Part shown: positions 34,036 through 46,900 of the stretch, piece after piece
How the letters are laid out: the number at the start of each line of letters is the position of its first letter
Numbering within the stretch: position 1 is the first letter of the stretch
From: Lingula anatina
Lineage: Eukaryota; Animalia; Brachiopoda
Direction: 5' to 3'
NCBI GenBank assembly: GCA_051362555.1
Contig: CM120640.1
Coordinates: forward strand, 61,606,788 to 61,670,787
Length of the DNA stretch: 64,000 bases
Translations under genes and position numbers: made by a program
The notes under the pieces: generated by a model
The model's database searches: none
Told to the model about the DNA's origin: nothing
What the model saw: only the letters and a program-made list of their open reading frames with translations

Positions 34036-34587
34036 ATGGCAGCTTCCATGTCCAACGTGCGTGCAACAAACAATTTTTTATTATTAAAATTTATTACAAA
34101 ACAAGAACTGTTTTCAAAGCAAGTTCCTAAATTCAAAGGTAAGAAATGAAGTGTATCATGTCGTTTAGTTTGGTTGTTTGTTTAATTTATGCCTTGGCTC
34201 ACTAAATACACCACTTTACCAGGAAACGTTGCATTTTCGTTCATTTTTCAAAAATATTTTAACGTTCTGTTAAAGTGAATGCCACAGTTCATGCTCTATA
34301 ATAAGTAAATCCGCATAACTAATTGACCCTTTTCTAGATGAATTATCAGCATAAAGGATATGACAAGTAAGCAGTTAATTATAGGTATTTTCAATGTTAT
34401 TTTTGAATCAGAGAGAAGACCACCATGTGTGTACCAAACACTCAACATCAGAACAGTGAATACTCAAGCAAAACAAAAGAGTTCAAATAAATCAGCAGAG
34501 GAAACTGACAAAAAGTTGATCATACAAGACCAAAATAGACTTCCTGTTGTCACTCCTCTAAAAAGGATTGGAAGAAATATAGGTTGG

Positions 34588-34624
<37 letters not shown>

Positions 34625-37600
34625 TTAATAATAATAATAACAATAATAATAATAATAATAATTATTATTATTATTGCTGTATATGGTCATTGTAATATGT
34701 TTATTAGATTCATAGCAACAGGTTGAAGTTGTACAAAGAAATTGGTGAGAACTTGTAAAACTTGTAAAAAATAGATACCAGTATGCCTGAGCGAATGCGT
34801 TTTTAAGGATATCAGTTTAACTGTAATAATAAAATTGTTTATTATAAATAATAAAATTAATAGAATTAAATTTATGTTTCTGTGATTAGAAATAATGTTC
34901 ATTTGTAATGCAAGATCAACAATTTCTATAGTTGGTCAGAAAACTTAAAATAAGTTTTATTTTAGCTGAACATATGCTTCTGGCTGCACAGCCTACAGAT
35001 CAGCCCACTGAAGCCAGAACATTGAAAATTGCTGTGCTTGGCAGACCCAATGTAGGGAAGTCCACATTGGTGAATAAGTTATTGAATTGGAAGGTAAGGT
35101 TTATATAACGATTATATAATGGATTTAGAAAATTATAAAGCTACAATTAAGTGAGATATTTTCATGGCAAATTATTTCCAACCATGCACAACTCAACTGT
35201 TACAAAATACTCCATTAGAACAGATTTTAATCATATTATTGATTTCTTTTTATTTACGTTCAAGGCAATTTCAGCTTTTCCACACAATTGAAACATGAAA
35301 TTTCAAATTTAATTCATTGCCATTACGGACCCCCATGCTTGATCTTGATTTTTTTTTTTTGTTGTTATTTTATTACTGATGTTGAAAGTTTCATTTCTAA
35401 AACATATATTATGTAAGTGACATTACAGTAACAACATTATCCTTATTCTTATTGTCCCCTTCACCCTGTTTCAAAAGAATAAATAAAAAAGATGCTTATT
35501 GAAGATAAGCATAATGTATTATTGCATCAGAATTGATAGTAACCTATTTTGCCCATTGTTATTTTCTGTTTGCTGACTTGTTTGTTACTGTTGCACTGCT
35601 GTACTTTATGGATTTGTTACTGTTGTACTTTACAGATTTGCCCAGTATCTGAAAAAATAAATACATCCACTGCCAATAGCTCTGCCATTTTAACAAAGGA
35701 TGATGCTCAGTTGGTATGTTTATAGACACAGATGTGCGCACACATCTGTTATAAAGGAAATAAGTGAAAAGTGGAGAATGATTTGATGACAAAAATGAGA
35801 AAATTAACAGATAAATTTTAGTGATTATGATTTAAATTTAGTTTATAAAAAATTCTAGATAGCAAATCAATGCGAAATTTTAAGCATTTTTTAAAAATCA
35901 AGTTTTGAACTTTCAGATATTCATAGATACTCCAGGTGTCAAAGAGTAAGTACCAGTATGTTCATAGTTAAATTGTTTCAATAGTAGAATATAATAATAA
36001 TATTCTACTATTGAAACAATAGTAGGATAATATTCTACTGTTATTTCAATAGTAGAATATTATTATATTACATTTGTAGCTACTATTAACTGTAATCAAA
36101 CCTTCTTTTTTGTTCTGACATTGAGGTATTTTAATGGCATTTTGGCCTTTCAGCATGGTTTTAGTGATATCTATCAGACCTAGTAGGTAAGCTGTTGTCT
36201 TAGTTTAAGTACGATCTGTATTTTGTTGAGAAAATAGCAATGTTATTTTGTGTATATTTTATGTTTCAGTGTTTCATTTTTTCGTGGCAGAAAGAAAACT
36301 GGGAAAAAGAGGTGATTTTTTTTTTACAATTTTTGGTTCAACATCCATGTTTGTTTTCATGACCCAGGGTAGATATGCTGTTGTAAATTTGTCAAATTAG
36401 TGTTTTTTTCTATTGATCATTATTGAATTATACAATAATATTTAAATTAGTACACAGATTGGTATATGAATGTTGATTAAGCTCAAATAAGTGAATGACA
36501 GGGATGCAATGTTAAATGGATTCTATCAACAAGATCATGGTGGATCTACCATGCATACGCAAGACAGCTACTTCAGTATAGCAAACTTTTTGGCTTAATT
36601 AGACAAAAAAGTTCAAGGGAAAATCCTCTTTTACTGTAAAGAATAGTCTTTCTGTTTTTTCACTCAATACTTAAACCCGTTTTTAGTCTGATAATGCTTC
36701 CAAACAACCTGAAATGTTTTGCAAAAGTTGAAATCTTTCCCACAGTTGCATCAGGAGTCACATTATTTCAAGACTGCTTTCATGTCAGGAAAGGTCCATA
36801 GATTTAAGCATTCGAAGTTTGCCATTATATTAAAAATGATTAATTGAAATTTCTCTGTTTGTGCAGATATCTGAGCAAGATACCTACTTCACTTGTCTGT
36901 GACCCCCAGTCAGCTTTGTATGATGCAGATTTAAGTGAGTGTTTTTTTTCTAATGAAATAATTATGTAGCACATTTGAAATGAAATAGTTATGTAGCACA
37001 TGTGAAATAATGGTTTCAAAACTTTTTTATCAATATTTTTAAAGATATGCAAATTGAGAAACATGTGGTAAAAGTGAAGTTCTGAATTAATTGGTTGGTT
37101 CGTTATACATTATGGTATTTTTTATAGTTTTTAGCTACCTTTTTGCTTACAAAATTTTCTTCACAGGCAATGCAAGAAATTTAGCCATTACAGCTAAGAT
37201 ATGTTGATGTTGATGTTTATTTATTAGCATACAATTATTTTCTACACTGACCTGTGTAATTGAACAATTCATTCCCGCTTATGAAAGAAAAGTTTAAATA
37301 TTAAAGGGATAATAACTCTTCGTATGAGATCTATATTTCACATTAAAAACATTGTGAATAACTCATAGAAATATAATATAATATATTCTGTTTTACCACA
37401 AAAACGGCAGTTATAGCTATTATTCTGATATCTGAGCTTGTCTTTAGACCACGTGACCTCCATTGATGGCTATACTCTGTTGAAATCTCTTAAGAGATTT
37501 TAACAAAACACCAAACTTTTTAGAAAAAAACCAGGGACTAACTTTGAATGTAAAAATGGATTCATTAACCATTGGTAAGTATGGGAAAATTGTTGTTTAC

Positions 37601-40377
37601 TCCAGGAAAATTAATTTTTTGGCCGAAACGAAGAGTTATTATCTCTTTAATATGAATTGGTAATATTTAATTTCTGATTAAATACCTGACCTCTGACTTA
37701 TCTGTCTGCAGTTATGGTGATGATAGATGCGAGTGACAAGCTTTACAGAAACCGTCTAGAACCACCGATACTACATGCCCTGTGTCTCCATCAGGAGAAA
37801 CCAGCTATTCTGGTTTTGAATAAGGTAAACTGTGGTGCATTTAAACTCCATTACAAGGGGTCATGGATGGTATGAGCAGTATTTTTTTTACCTGTATGGC
37901 AGACACTTTAAACATACATTCTCTTTATTGGTTAACTTTCTTTATAAATGTGCAAATTTTATGTACATTGTTTTTGCACTATTGAAAGGGTATTTATCTT
38001 TTAGGGTGCTTTTCATGTTTGCAAAATTATATTTATCATTTCTAAGTATAACTTTTAAAATGTAAATTTTTTAGGTTGACCAAACCAGACACAATAAATT
38101 CCATCTTCAGCTAGCTCGCATGTTAACAGATGGATTTGTAGGAGGTACAAGAACACATGATAAACCTGTCAGAGATCAAGTGAGCAAATATTTCAAAAAC
38201 TTAAACCCTGATGCACTTATGAATGAAGTGGAGGACTATCTAGATAAAAGAGAAGAGAAAATAGAGGACAAAGAAAGAGATAAGAAACCTGACATGACTG
38301 GATTTCCAGTATTTTCTGATGGTAAAGTATTGGGAAGGAAGGAAGGGAAAAAAGTTGCTCGAGATGAAGCAATGGGAATGCTGTTTGACAAAGTTGCAAA
38401 TATTTTGCGTGATGAAAACATTATCAAGGACCGCGTTACACCATATAGTGAAGAAAAGGATGAGGACAGTATCTATGAAGCGCAGACATACCTAAACAGT
38501 GAAAAAGAAACACAAACTCCTGCAGGAGAGCAACCTTTTTTAGAGGAAGAAAAGAAAATTGAGAACATTGAAAATGTAGAAACATCTTATGAACATCATA
38601 ACCAGAGTGAAGTAACAGGCAGCACTACAAACACACCAAACACTTTATCAAAGAGCCTTGCACCACTTGTAAAGGACCAAGATAAATCGGTGTCGGAAAT
38701 CAAAAGCCAGGCAGCACTGATGCTGTCTGACAAAAAATGGATTGAATACTTTAAGTACTTGAGAAAAGTGGCTGGAATATTTGTGAAAGACAAAGTTGGT
38801 TGGCCTCATTTTGATCATGTTTTCTATGTGGCTGCCAAATATAACCAAGGAATTGATGCTTTAAGGGTAAGTTAGAAAGTTGGACGTTTTATATGGTTAG
38901 TAATAATGGAACTGTTTCTTTTATGTAAACAAGTTCTTGTGTCTATCACCTTATATATCTTGCAGACAAACTCACCAAAAAGAAGAAAGAAGAATCATTC
39001 CACTGTAGACATATGACAGATTTTAAAAAATATTTGATTTTACTTTGTTGTCTGTATTATTTTTTAACATGGTTCTTTATGTTAATGTTGTAATAATTAT
39101 AGTGGCATATGAGAATGAACTGTTATTGAGCAGCTGAATATGTAAAAGTACTTTAGGTTGATAACAAGAATCTTTCTTAGCATGTAATTTTCATGGAGGC
39201 CAGTTATAAGGAACAGTGTAGTTCCTGTAGGTTTTTGAAGACAATGTGTGATATTAAAAATATCCCTTTGATGAAAGTATATCAAAGTTCACGGTCCATA
39301 TTAATGGCATTCAAATCCATGTGTCTGTTATATTTGTAGGACTATCTCCTTGCTCAGGCACATCCTGGTGACTGGGAGTACCACAGCAGTTTTGTCACTG
39401 AGATGGAACCCAATGTGCTGGTGGAGCGGTTTATTCAGGAGAAGTGTTTAGATAACCTTCCAGATGAAGTTCCATATAGACTTGTGATAGTGAGTAATGT
39501 TTTGATTGCTGTGTATTTGTAAAGGTTTAATGTTAACTTAAAAAGCTGTTGTTGAAAAATGCATATTGTGAAAATTGTGATTTGTAAATTGTACATTATT
39601 ATTTCTGTCTCAGTGTTTCATTGAAGTAATTCACAGTTTTTGTTCAATTAGGATGTTTCAAGCATAGATGTGCATCCCACAGACAATTCCATGGCTGTAA
39701 CTGCTGCCATCTATTGTTCCACTGACAGTCACTATGTGAGTTTCAAGCTTATGTACATTAATTAATTTTTGAGGGTATGACAAAACTGCTATGCATTAAA
39801 AGATATATTTTAATCATACTATGATATTATCAATCTTTAATTCTGCTAGGTCACAAATGTTATTTATTAAATATAGGCCCATGCTTTTCTTTATAGAAAT
39901 AATAATAAACAATTTTCTGTAAATTGCTAACATGGTCATGCTTTAAGTGACTTGAGCTCTGGTGGACTTCTCTTGCTGACAAGTTCAAAGTGTGTGACAA
40001 TTAGGTAAAACATTACTTGTCATTCAGTGAGGATCAGCAGGAAAATCAAGGGCGTGGGTCCAGTAGGACAGTGCTTATTTAAAGATTACTTGTTGCTCCA
40101 CAAGAAAACAGTCCATACAAAGTGCATACTACCTACATGCAGCTAAAGCTACCTGTAATATTTTCTTTAAAAAAGTAATCTTTGATTTTTTTATTAATTT
40201 TTTTCTTGACATATTTATTTTCAGGCTATAGTTAAGAAGAGAGTGGATGTAATAGCAAGAGCAGCAAAGCAAGAGATTATGAATGCTTTCAGGTGTGAAG
40301 TCACCTTGTGGTTAACAGTTAAAAATTTGAAGAAGAAGAAGACAGGAAACGTGCAAAAAATTCAGAAGGCAGTCTAA
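34036..40377 (+). CDS. ERAL1: GTPase Era, mitochondrial (ERAL1), divergent
   Basis: Exons 34036-34138, 34385-34582, 34966-35093, 35636-35713, 35917-35945, (candidate 36291-36311), 36867-36934, 37712-37824, 38075-38866, 39340-39489, 39652-39735, 40225-40377. Motifs: G1 [10 protein letters not shown]3 DTPG, G4 [34 protein letters not shown]-type basic presequence-like N-terminus. Confidence 0.92.
34589..34675. repeat. (AAT)n microsatellite switching to (ATT)n
   Basis: Directly visible, just inside ERAL1 intron 2. Confidence 0.95.
37305..37646. mobile_element. Kolobok-like MITE, copy 2 (ERAL1 intron)
   Basis: TTAA TSD; same TIRs and interior as 9129-9465. Confidence 0.88.
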
Positions 40378-40749
40378 TTTGCACCCCGAGCTTCATCTAA
40401 TGAATGCTAGCTTCTGAGCTTTGTAAGCTCCATATTGATTTATCCATATCCATTTGAACTTTAAACCACCCTTTCAATCAGGTATACAAAATGGTGTATT
40501 TAAAGTTATCCTACATTTCAGTGCTGGGTTACCTCATAATGGGCATGATGTGGTTAACAGGCCATTTGCCCATGGCCTAAAGAAGCCCAACCTTAAAGTT
40601 TGTGAAAAACTGCATGGCTGGTCTAAATAGTTTATCTGTGTAAAATACCTACCCAAAACTATAGCAAATTTAATCTGTTATCTTACAATAAACTAAGAAG
40701 TATGTTTCATGCTGCTAGCAGTGAAATCTTGCTGTATCAGTCTATTTAA

Positions 40750-40898
40750 AGGTACTCTGCAAGTGTTTGACGTCTTAATTTTATTCCAAAAAACTATTTC
40801 CCAACAACATATGAAGCGAACATGGATTCCCTACATCCTCCCCCCCCCCACCCCCCTCAGGAAAATGCAAATTGGCAGTTGTCTCTTACAGAGTACCT
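40750..40898. mobile_element. Short Kolobok-like MITE
   Basis: TTAA|AGGTACTCTGCAAG ... CTTACAGAGTACCT|TTAA. Confidence 0.7.
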
Positions 40899-40902
40899 TT
40901 AA

Positions 40903-41594
40903 TACCCTAGTCACACTAGACGCCGAATGAGTTAGAATGTAGTTGGATTGAGAATTCTTTGTATATTCCTGGATGTTCGAATTGCATCATAAAAATTCTG
41001 AGTGCATTCCAAATATATGGGCCCATTCTTGTGTCTGGTCGGAATGTTTTGCTCATGCTCAAAACTTGCATTCCAAGTAGAGAAATATCGAATGCCATTC
41101 TTAGTGTATTCTAACTGCACCATGAGTGCATTCTTAATTTTTTTGGGGATTCCAACGGCATTTGAAACATTTTAATTGCGTTTGCGAACCGAAACTTCAA
41201 ATCTTGCTAGAATGTTCTGTATGTGCCTCAAATGAGCCAGAATGCAACTCAAATGCATCTTGATGGCTGCCGAAATCCTATTTCATCCAGCAATTGAACT
41301 ACACTCGTACGGCATTCGAAGTGTTTTCTAAATATTTCGACTGCCTTCTGACAGCGTTATCTATATTCCTAGTTTTCCAACTACATTCAAGCTGCATTTG
41401 AGAGCTAATACACCTGAAATGTGCGGGAATCATTCCAGGCAGATTCAAGCACATTCTGAGTATTCCAACAATATTCTTACAAGAATTTAGGTCAATTTGA
41501 AATTTCTTCCCGAATGTGGTGCAAATTTTGAAAATTCTTCATTCTGGCTAATTCTGCTTGATAACTGCCGATTCCGAATAAGCGTGACGGGGCC
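40903..41594. mobile_element. Harbinger-like non-autonomous element
   Basis: Imperfect termini CCCTAGTCACACT / AGCGTGACGGGGCC next to TAA/TTA. Interior is rich in GAATG/CATTC motifs. Confidence 0.5.
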
Positions 41595-41707
41595 TTAAGT
41601 AACAAGCAGCTGGTGTTTGCAAGTACAGCAGTTGCTTTCAGAATCAGTCACAAAAGGGGTTGTCTTATGGCTTTGGTGGTATGCAGGTAAACGGACAGGT
41701 ATGCATT

Positions 41708-41920
41708 AGTAATAGATAGACCCCGAGTCAGCGAGGGTTATGTGGCATACACGAGTGCGAAGCATGAGTGGATGTCACATAACCCTCGCTGACGAGGGAT
41801 CTATCTTATTTAGACCACGGGTCTATTAGTGGGTTATAACGCATTCATGCGAGAAGTGTGGTTACGCGAGTTACACCACGTCTGAGTCTTTCGTTCTTTA
41901 CTTCCACTGTGGTCTAAGGT
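41708..41920. repeat. Fold-back repeat fragment (Crypton-like) with long hairpin
   Basis: GTCAGCGAGGGTTATGTGGCAT...CACGAGTGCGAAGCATGAGTG...ATGTCACATAACCCTCGCTGAC stem. The family assignment is by resemblance only. Confidence 0.55.
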
Positions 41921-43969
41921 ATAATAAAGACCCCAGCAGAAATTTCTGCTGGCTATTGTGATCATTTGCACGAGTAAAACTTGGCCACTATAAATTTCTG
42001 TAAATGAAGGATTACTCAAAATCATGACCATGACAATCTATTGTGGAACATACAGGGATCTGTATTTTTGCGTTTACAATCAAGCTTGTGATAATAAGTT
42101 GGAAAAAAACATTTGTTCAATTTAAATTGTTTATTGCCAAGTACACAGAAGTGATTTTACAACCAATCCAGCGCTTTACTAGCAACTTTGGTCATTTCTA
42201 TACATAGCAGCGGAATTTAAAGAAGTTCCTACTTAATTAATGTTTACATGAAAGACTCATTATTATATCAATCTGAAGTACATGAATACACATATCATAC
42301 CTACATACAGAGTATCTTACTTAATGAATGTAAACAATTAAAAACACTGATTTAATGCAACCACTATGTGCTTGGAGCATTTCTGACAAAGATCAATCAT
42401 GCATTCTACTTTTGTATAAGTGTACTGGTTACATAAAATCCACATAGCAATAAGAAAATGTGTTCACAATATTGCACCCAACGACTAAACACTTACACTA
42501 TATGAAATCTGAATGGATCAAAATTACCCAATTCTCTATAAAGTGTAGTAGTTAAGGACTAATGCATAAGGATTCACAGACAACAATAAAAGAATCAATT
42601 TTAATTGTTGTATACACAACAATAAAATTACTTAATCAAAAGGTCAATGATCTGAGTATTACTGAGAAATGAACATTTATTGGCTGTCGATCTTGAAAGC
42701 CATTTCAATTGAGCCCACTGATAGCACCATATCTTCTTAATGTAATCATACCCCTTTCATAAATACAGACTGAATGACAGAGAGAAACTTACAAGGGAAT
42801 CCCAAATCTAAACCAGAGGTCCCTTTTCTAAAGTTATATATTGCAATTATTGGTAATTAAATAAACAAACACAAACTGTGGCTACAGAGCAATTTGAGTG
42901 AAAAGCAATGGTAGTTGAAATGTCACCAACATTTTGTGATGTCACTGAAAGATTTGAATTATGTGCTACAGTTGTATTCCATAAAAGTATTCTCAGCCTG
43001 GATTCTTTCCAACTCAAAAATAATTACACTCTCTTCAAGTCAGATAAAACGGTTAAAATTTCAATTGTTTTTCTTTTTTCATCAGAAAAGAGAAAGATCT
43101 ATAAGAGGAATTTAAAATACAAGTGGAACAAAATGGGGAAGTCAGATTTTGCAGCACCCACAGTTCTGGTCAATTTTTGACCTTTCAGAGGAAAACTATG
43201 TATTTTCCCATCTCCAAATAAGCAGTGTTGACATATTTTGCATGCTTATTAAATGAAGACACCATTAACATTTTTCATATTACCTGATCACAAAAACTTC
43301 ACTAGTGTGCCATGCCAAAATAAATAATCAATCAGGTATGTACCACTTCTATTATACATATATCTTAATTATTTTGTCAATTTCATGTTTTGCTAAAATA
43401 TAAAAGACATGGATGATACTGATGAAAATGAGATGGAGATATCAAATAAAAGTAATTTCTAACCAAGTATATATGCACATGTATAATGAATGTATCTATG
43501 TTTAGAGCTATATACACTGGAAATTTCCCCTGCCGGTCACTTCTCTGACATGGCCATGTTTTTCTTCATTCAAATAAAACCACAGTGCAAGTTCTTTCTT
43601 TTACCTCTTGGTGAATAAACCACATTTCTGAGCAAGCAATCACCAACAGCACAGAGGCCTAGAATATTTGACACATCATCTAATACATACAGAAGCAAAC
43701 TCTTCGCACTGCTACTATATCCTTTTGGTGAGCAGCATTATCCCAATGCAGGCCATTTGACACTGAACCCATTGCCAAGCAATAAAACCTTAAACAAATT
43801 TATGAGAAGATACTAGTAGTAATACTATCCATGATGCCTTGACTTGCTACCTCTCAAGCCTGACTTGTCCCCTTACTAGCACAACTTAATGAAGGCTATG
43901 AAATGACCTATAATAAGCACCACTAAAGCATCCAGCTCCCAGGGCACTACACTGCCCAGCATCCACAGT

Positions 43970-46900
43970 TTATACATCCATGTACTTGGATGGGGCAGGT
44001 GAGAGAAATGGCTCACTCCACATCCTACGAAGATCACCCTGAAACAGATAGCAGAAATCTTCAAACTTCTACTCGTCTGTCAGCTAAATTTAAGTGTTGT
44101 TATTGCATTACCTATAAACAGTACAATACCACCAACATGCCAAATCTAAATACAAAATGAATCTTCATTCTCTACAGAAAAACTCATAAATTCAAAGTCT
44201 AATAGATTTCTGAATACATCAACTTTGTTTATCTCTACAAAATGACACATTTACAGAAAATTGTGATTTTCCAATAGCAAAGGTATACTAAGTTTTTTCT
44301 TGGTTTATGCAAATAAATGACACAGAGCTTAAATCCACAATGGGTTAAATAAACCATATTCGTCTGCTGAGGCTCACCTTCAAATAAGCCATTGTCAGGA
44401 GTGGAAGCAACGTAAAAGGAACTAGATAGAGCAATGCTGGTTGTGCAGCTCTGAACACTTCAGAGGACACGGTGGCTGTCAATAGTCCTGTTAATAGAAA
44501 ATGCATGAAAAGCATGTCCTGACAACAATCTTGCAATTAATAATTCTTTAAGTAATTCAATATCTGAATTTTTATGAAATGATTGCAGTTAATCTTTCAG
44601 AGAAAGGAAAATGTGTCTCATATGGCTATAGCCATTGGCAAAAGGAGGATACAGGCAAGATGAACAAAGAAAATACTTTACTACGTCAGATAGGGGGCTG
44701 TGATGTTGTTACAGATGTTCCATGCTCAAAAGAAATTGACATGAACACTGCAGATTTTTTTCAAAAGATGTTGACATATATGATGCTGAAGTATGTCGAC
44801 ACAAAAACCTGTTATCACAAAGCAATCATACAATTAAAATGAGATTAATCACAAAACTCAACACCCCAACTGTTACTTGTATTTTACATTCAAATCTTAA
44901 CCACTGGTCCCTCGTTCATATGCTTATTTCTCCACCCTAGGTAAAAATAATGTGTTATGAATATAAGACACTTAAATTCTACCTACTTTAACTACCTATT
45001 TAACTGAATATTCCAACTTAAATGTCTCAAAGTAAATTTCTTCTGGCATAACCCAAAACGTACCAAGAAAATAACCAATGAGCGAGCAGTGGAAATAGGT
45101 AATCTTGTGATAATACTGTGGGGGTGGAGGTAGGCCAGTATCAGCTGTGCTAACTTGTCCTCTCTTGTATGCATCATATCTCATAACAAAGCACAAAAGT
45201 AGGCCTGGCATTACCTGGAGATTGGACAAAAAACATGGTGGTAAGCATAAAACCAGCAATGTTCCTTTTATTCAGTTAAGAAGCCCCCACAATGACTTTA
45301 CTCAAATGCATTTTATGTTCAAAATAGGACATGCCTTCATTGTGTTCATATTTAATTGAAAAAAAAAAAAAAAAAAAGCCATCCTTTTAGGTAGATATGG
45401 CAACTGACAAGATTAAGTATATTTTATATCACATCTTTATAAAAACCTTGGTAGATAAAACTCGCATATGCACTGAAATTAAATATTTAAAAGGAGCTTC
45501 TGATAAAATGCAAGCAGCTGAATGTTGCAGTACTAATTTTAACTAGAAATTAGAATACAGATAGTACTGAACCACAAAGAGACGAGTCTATTCACTAGTG
45601 CATGGGAACGTAGGTATTACGCAAAAACTTTGTGACCTTTATGCTAACCAGGGGTAGATACTTACAATATCCCCTAGGCCCAACATGGAAAAGTGACCTT
45701 CGTTGTGCATGCTGAAATTGATGAAAATGAGCCTTCGTTCATAATAGTGGTAATGCGAGTTGCATACCAACAGAATACACTTCTGATATAACAATACATC
45801 ATATTCTAATCACATGTTTAAGGGAGTGTGTAAATGTTACTTACATGAAAATATTAGACAACAGAAAATGTAGTCAAGAATATCACAATCTCTTTACATT
45901 AAAGGTCATGCAATAATTAATTTCATGACCTTAAATGTAATGAATGTATATAAATGTACACCTGTAATATAATGTTAAAATGCAACTTAACAATCAACAT
46001 TTTATGTCAAAAACAGTACCAAGTAGATTTTAGACTAACATTTAATAAGGCATTTGTGTCATCCATAAGTACTTGCCTGGGAAACACTAATTTTCCTGGA
46101 AGCGACAGCTTTGGTGCGTCACGCATCAGGCCAGTTAGATGAAATTTCTTGGCAAATGCGCCGACCTGATGTGAATGAAATGAATATCTTAAAGATGCAT
46201 ATGAAGTCAATTTTTTCCACAAAAGCCAACCAAATGCCAGCATATAGTTGCAAATAGAATAACTAAGAGAATTACCAAAAGGCATTGTTTAATATTACCC
46301 TATACGTAAATGGGACAGGAAAATAGGTCAGATAAGTAGGTTAAATTTCTGACCAAAATTTTAAAGAAAGGAGCAGTCTAAAGCTCTTTTATGGCTGTTC
46401 GAGTGATTTATTCAGTTTATCCCTTGACATGGTGAATTTATTTGAGTCGTATAAGAAACTAATAGAAGAGGTTATATGTGTTACTGGGAACCCACGCACC
46501 ACTGACGCTCGGTTCATATATACCTTTAATTTCAAAAACACAATTACATGATAAAACACCTACTTAACCAAAAACAATGTGAAAGCGTTCTTTACAAGAG
46601 ATCTTTCTGAAAAGACATATTCAACAGAGAAATCTATTCAACATAAGCAAATACGAAAACGTAATTATGATTAATATTCTATAAATATAACTGATATAAC
46701 ATCAAGTTGATTTACCTGCAATCAGTTATCAGTTCTAGAGTGCAAGTTATCGGACTGATTTACCTTAGATTTACCATCCTGTCTTAACATGGTTATGTTT
46801 TATATATATTATGGTCAAAGGTAATCCTCATTCTAGCAGAACTACTGATTACTATACTTTGGCCTTACATTAACAGTCATCTACATGCACTTTAAAATTC

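Noticed and set aside
34360-34695. 111-aa ORF with poly-Asn tract
   Set aside because: It is ERAL1 exon 2 read through its donor into an (AAT)n microsatellite.
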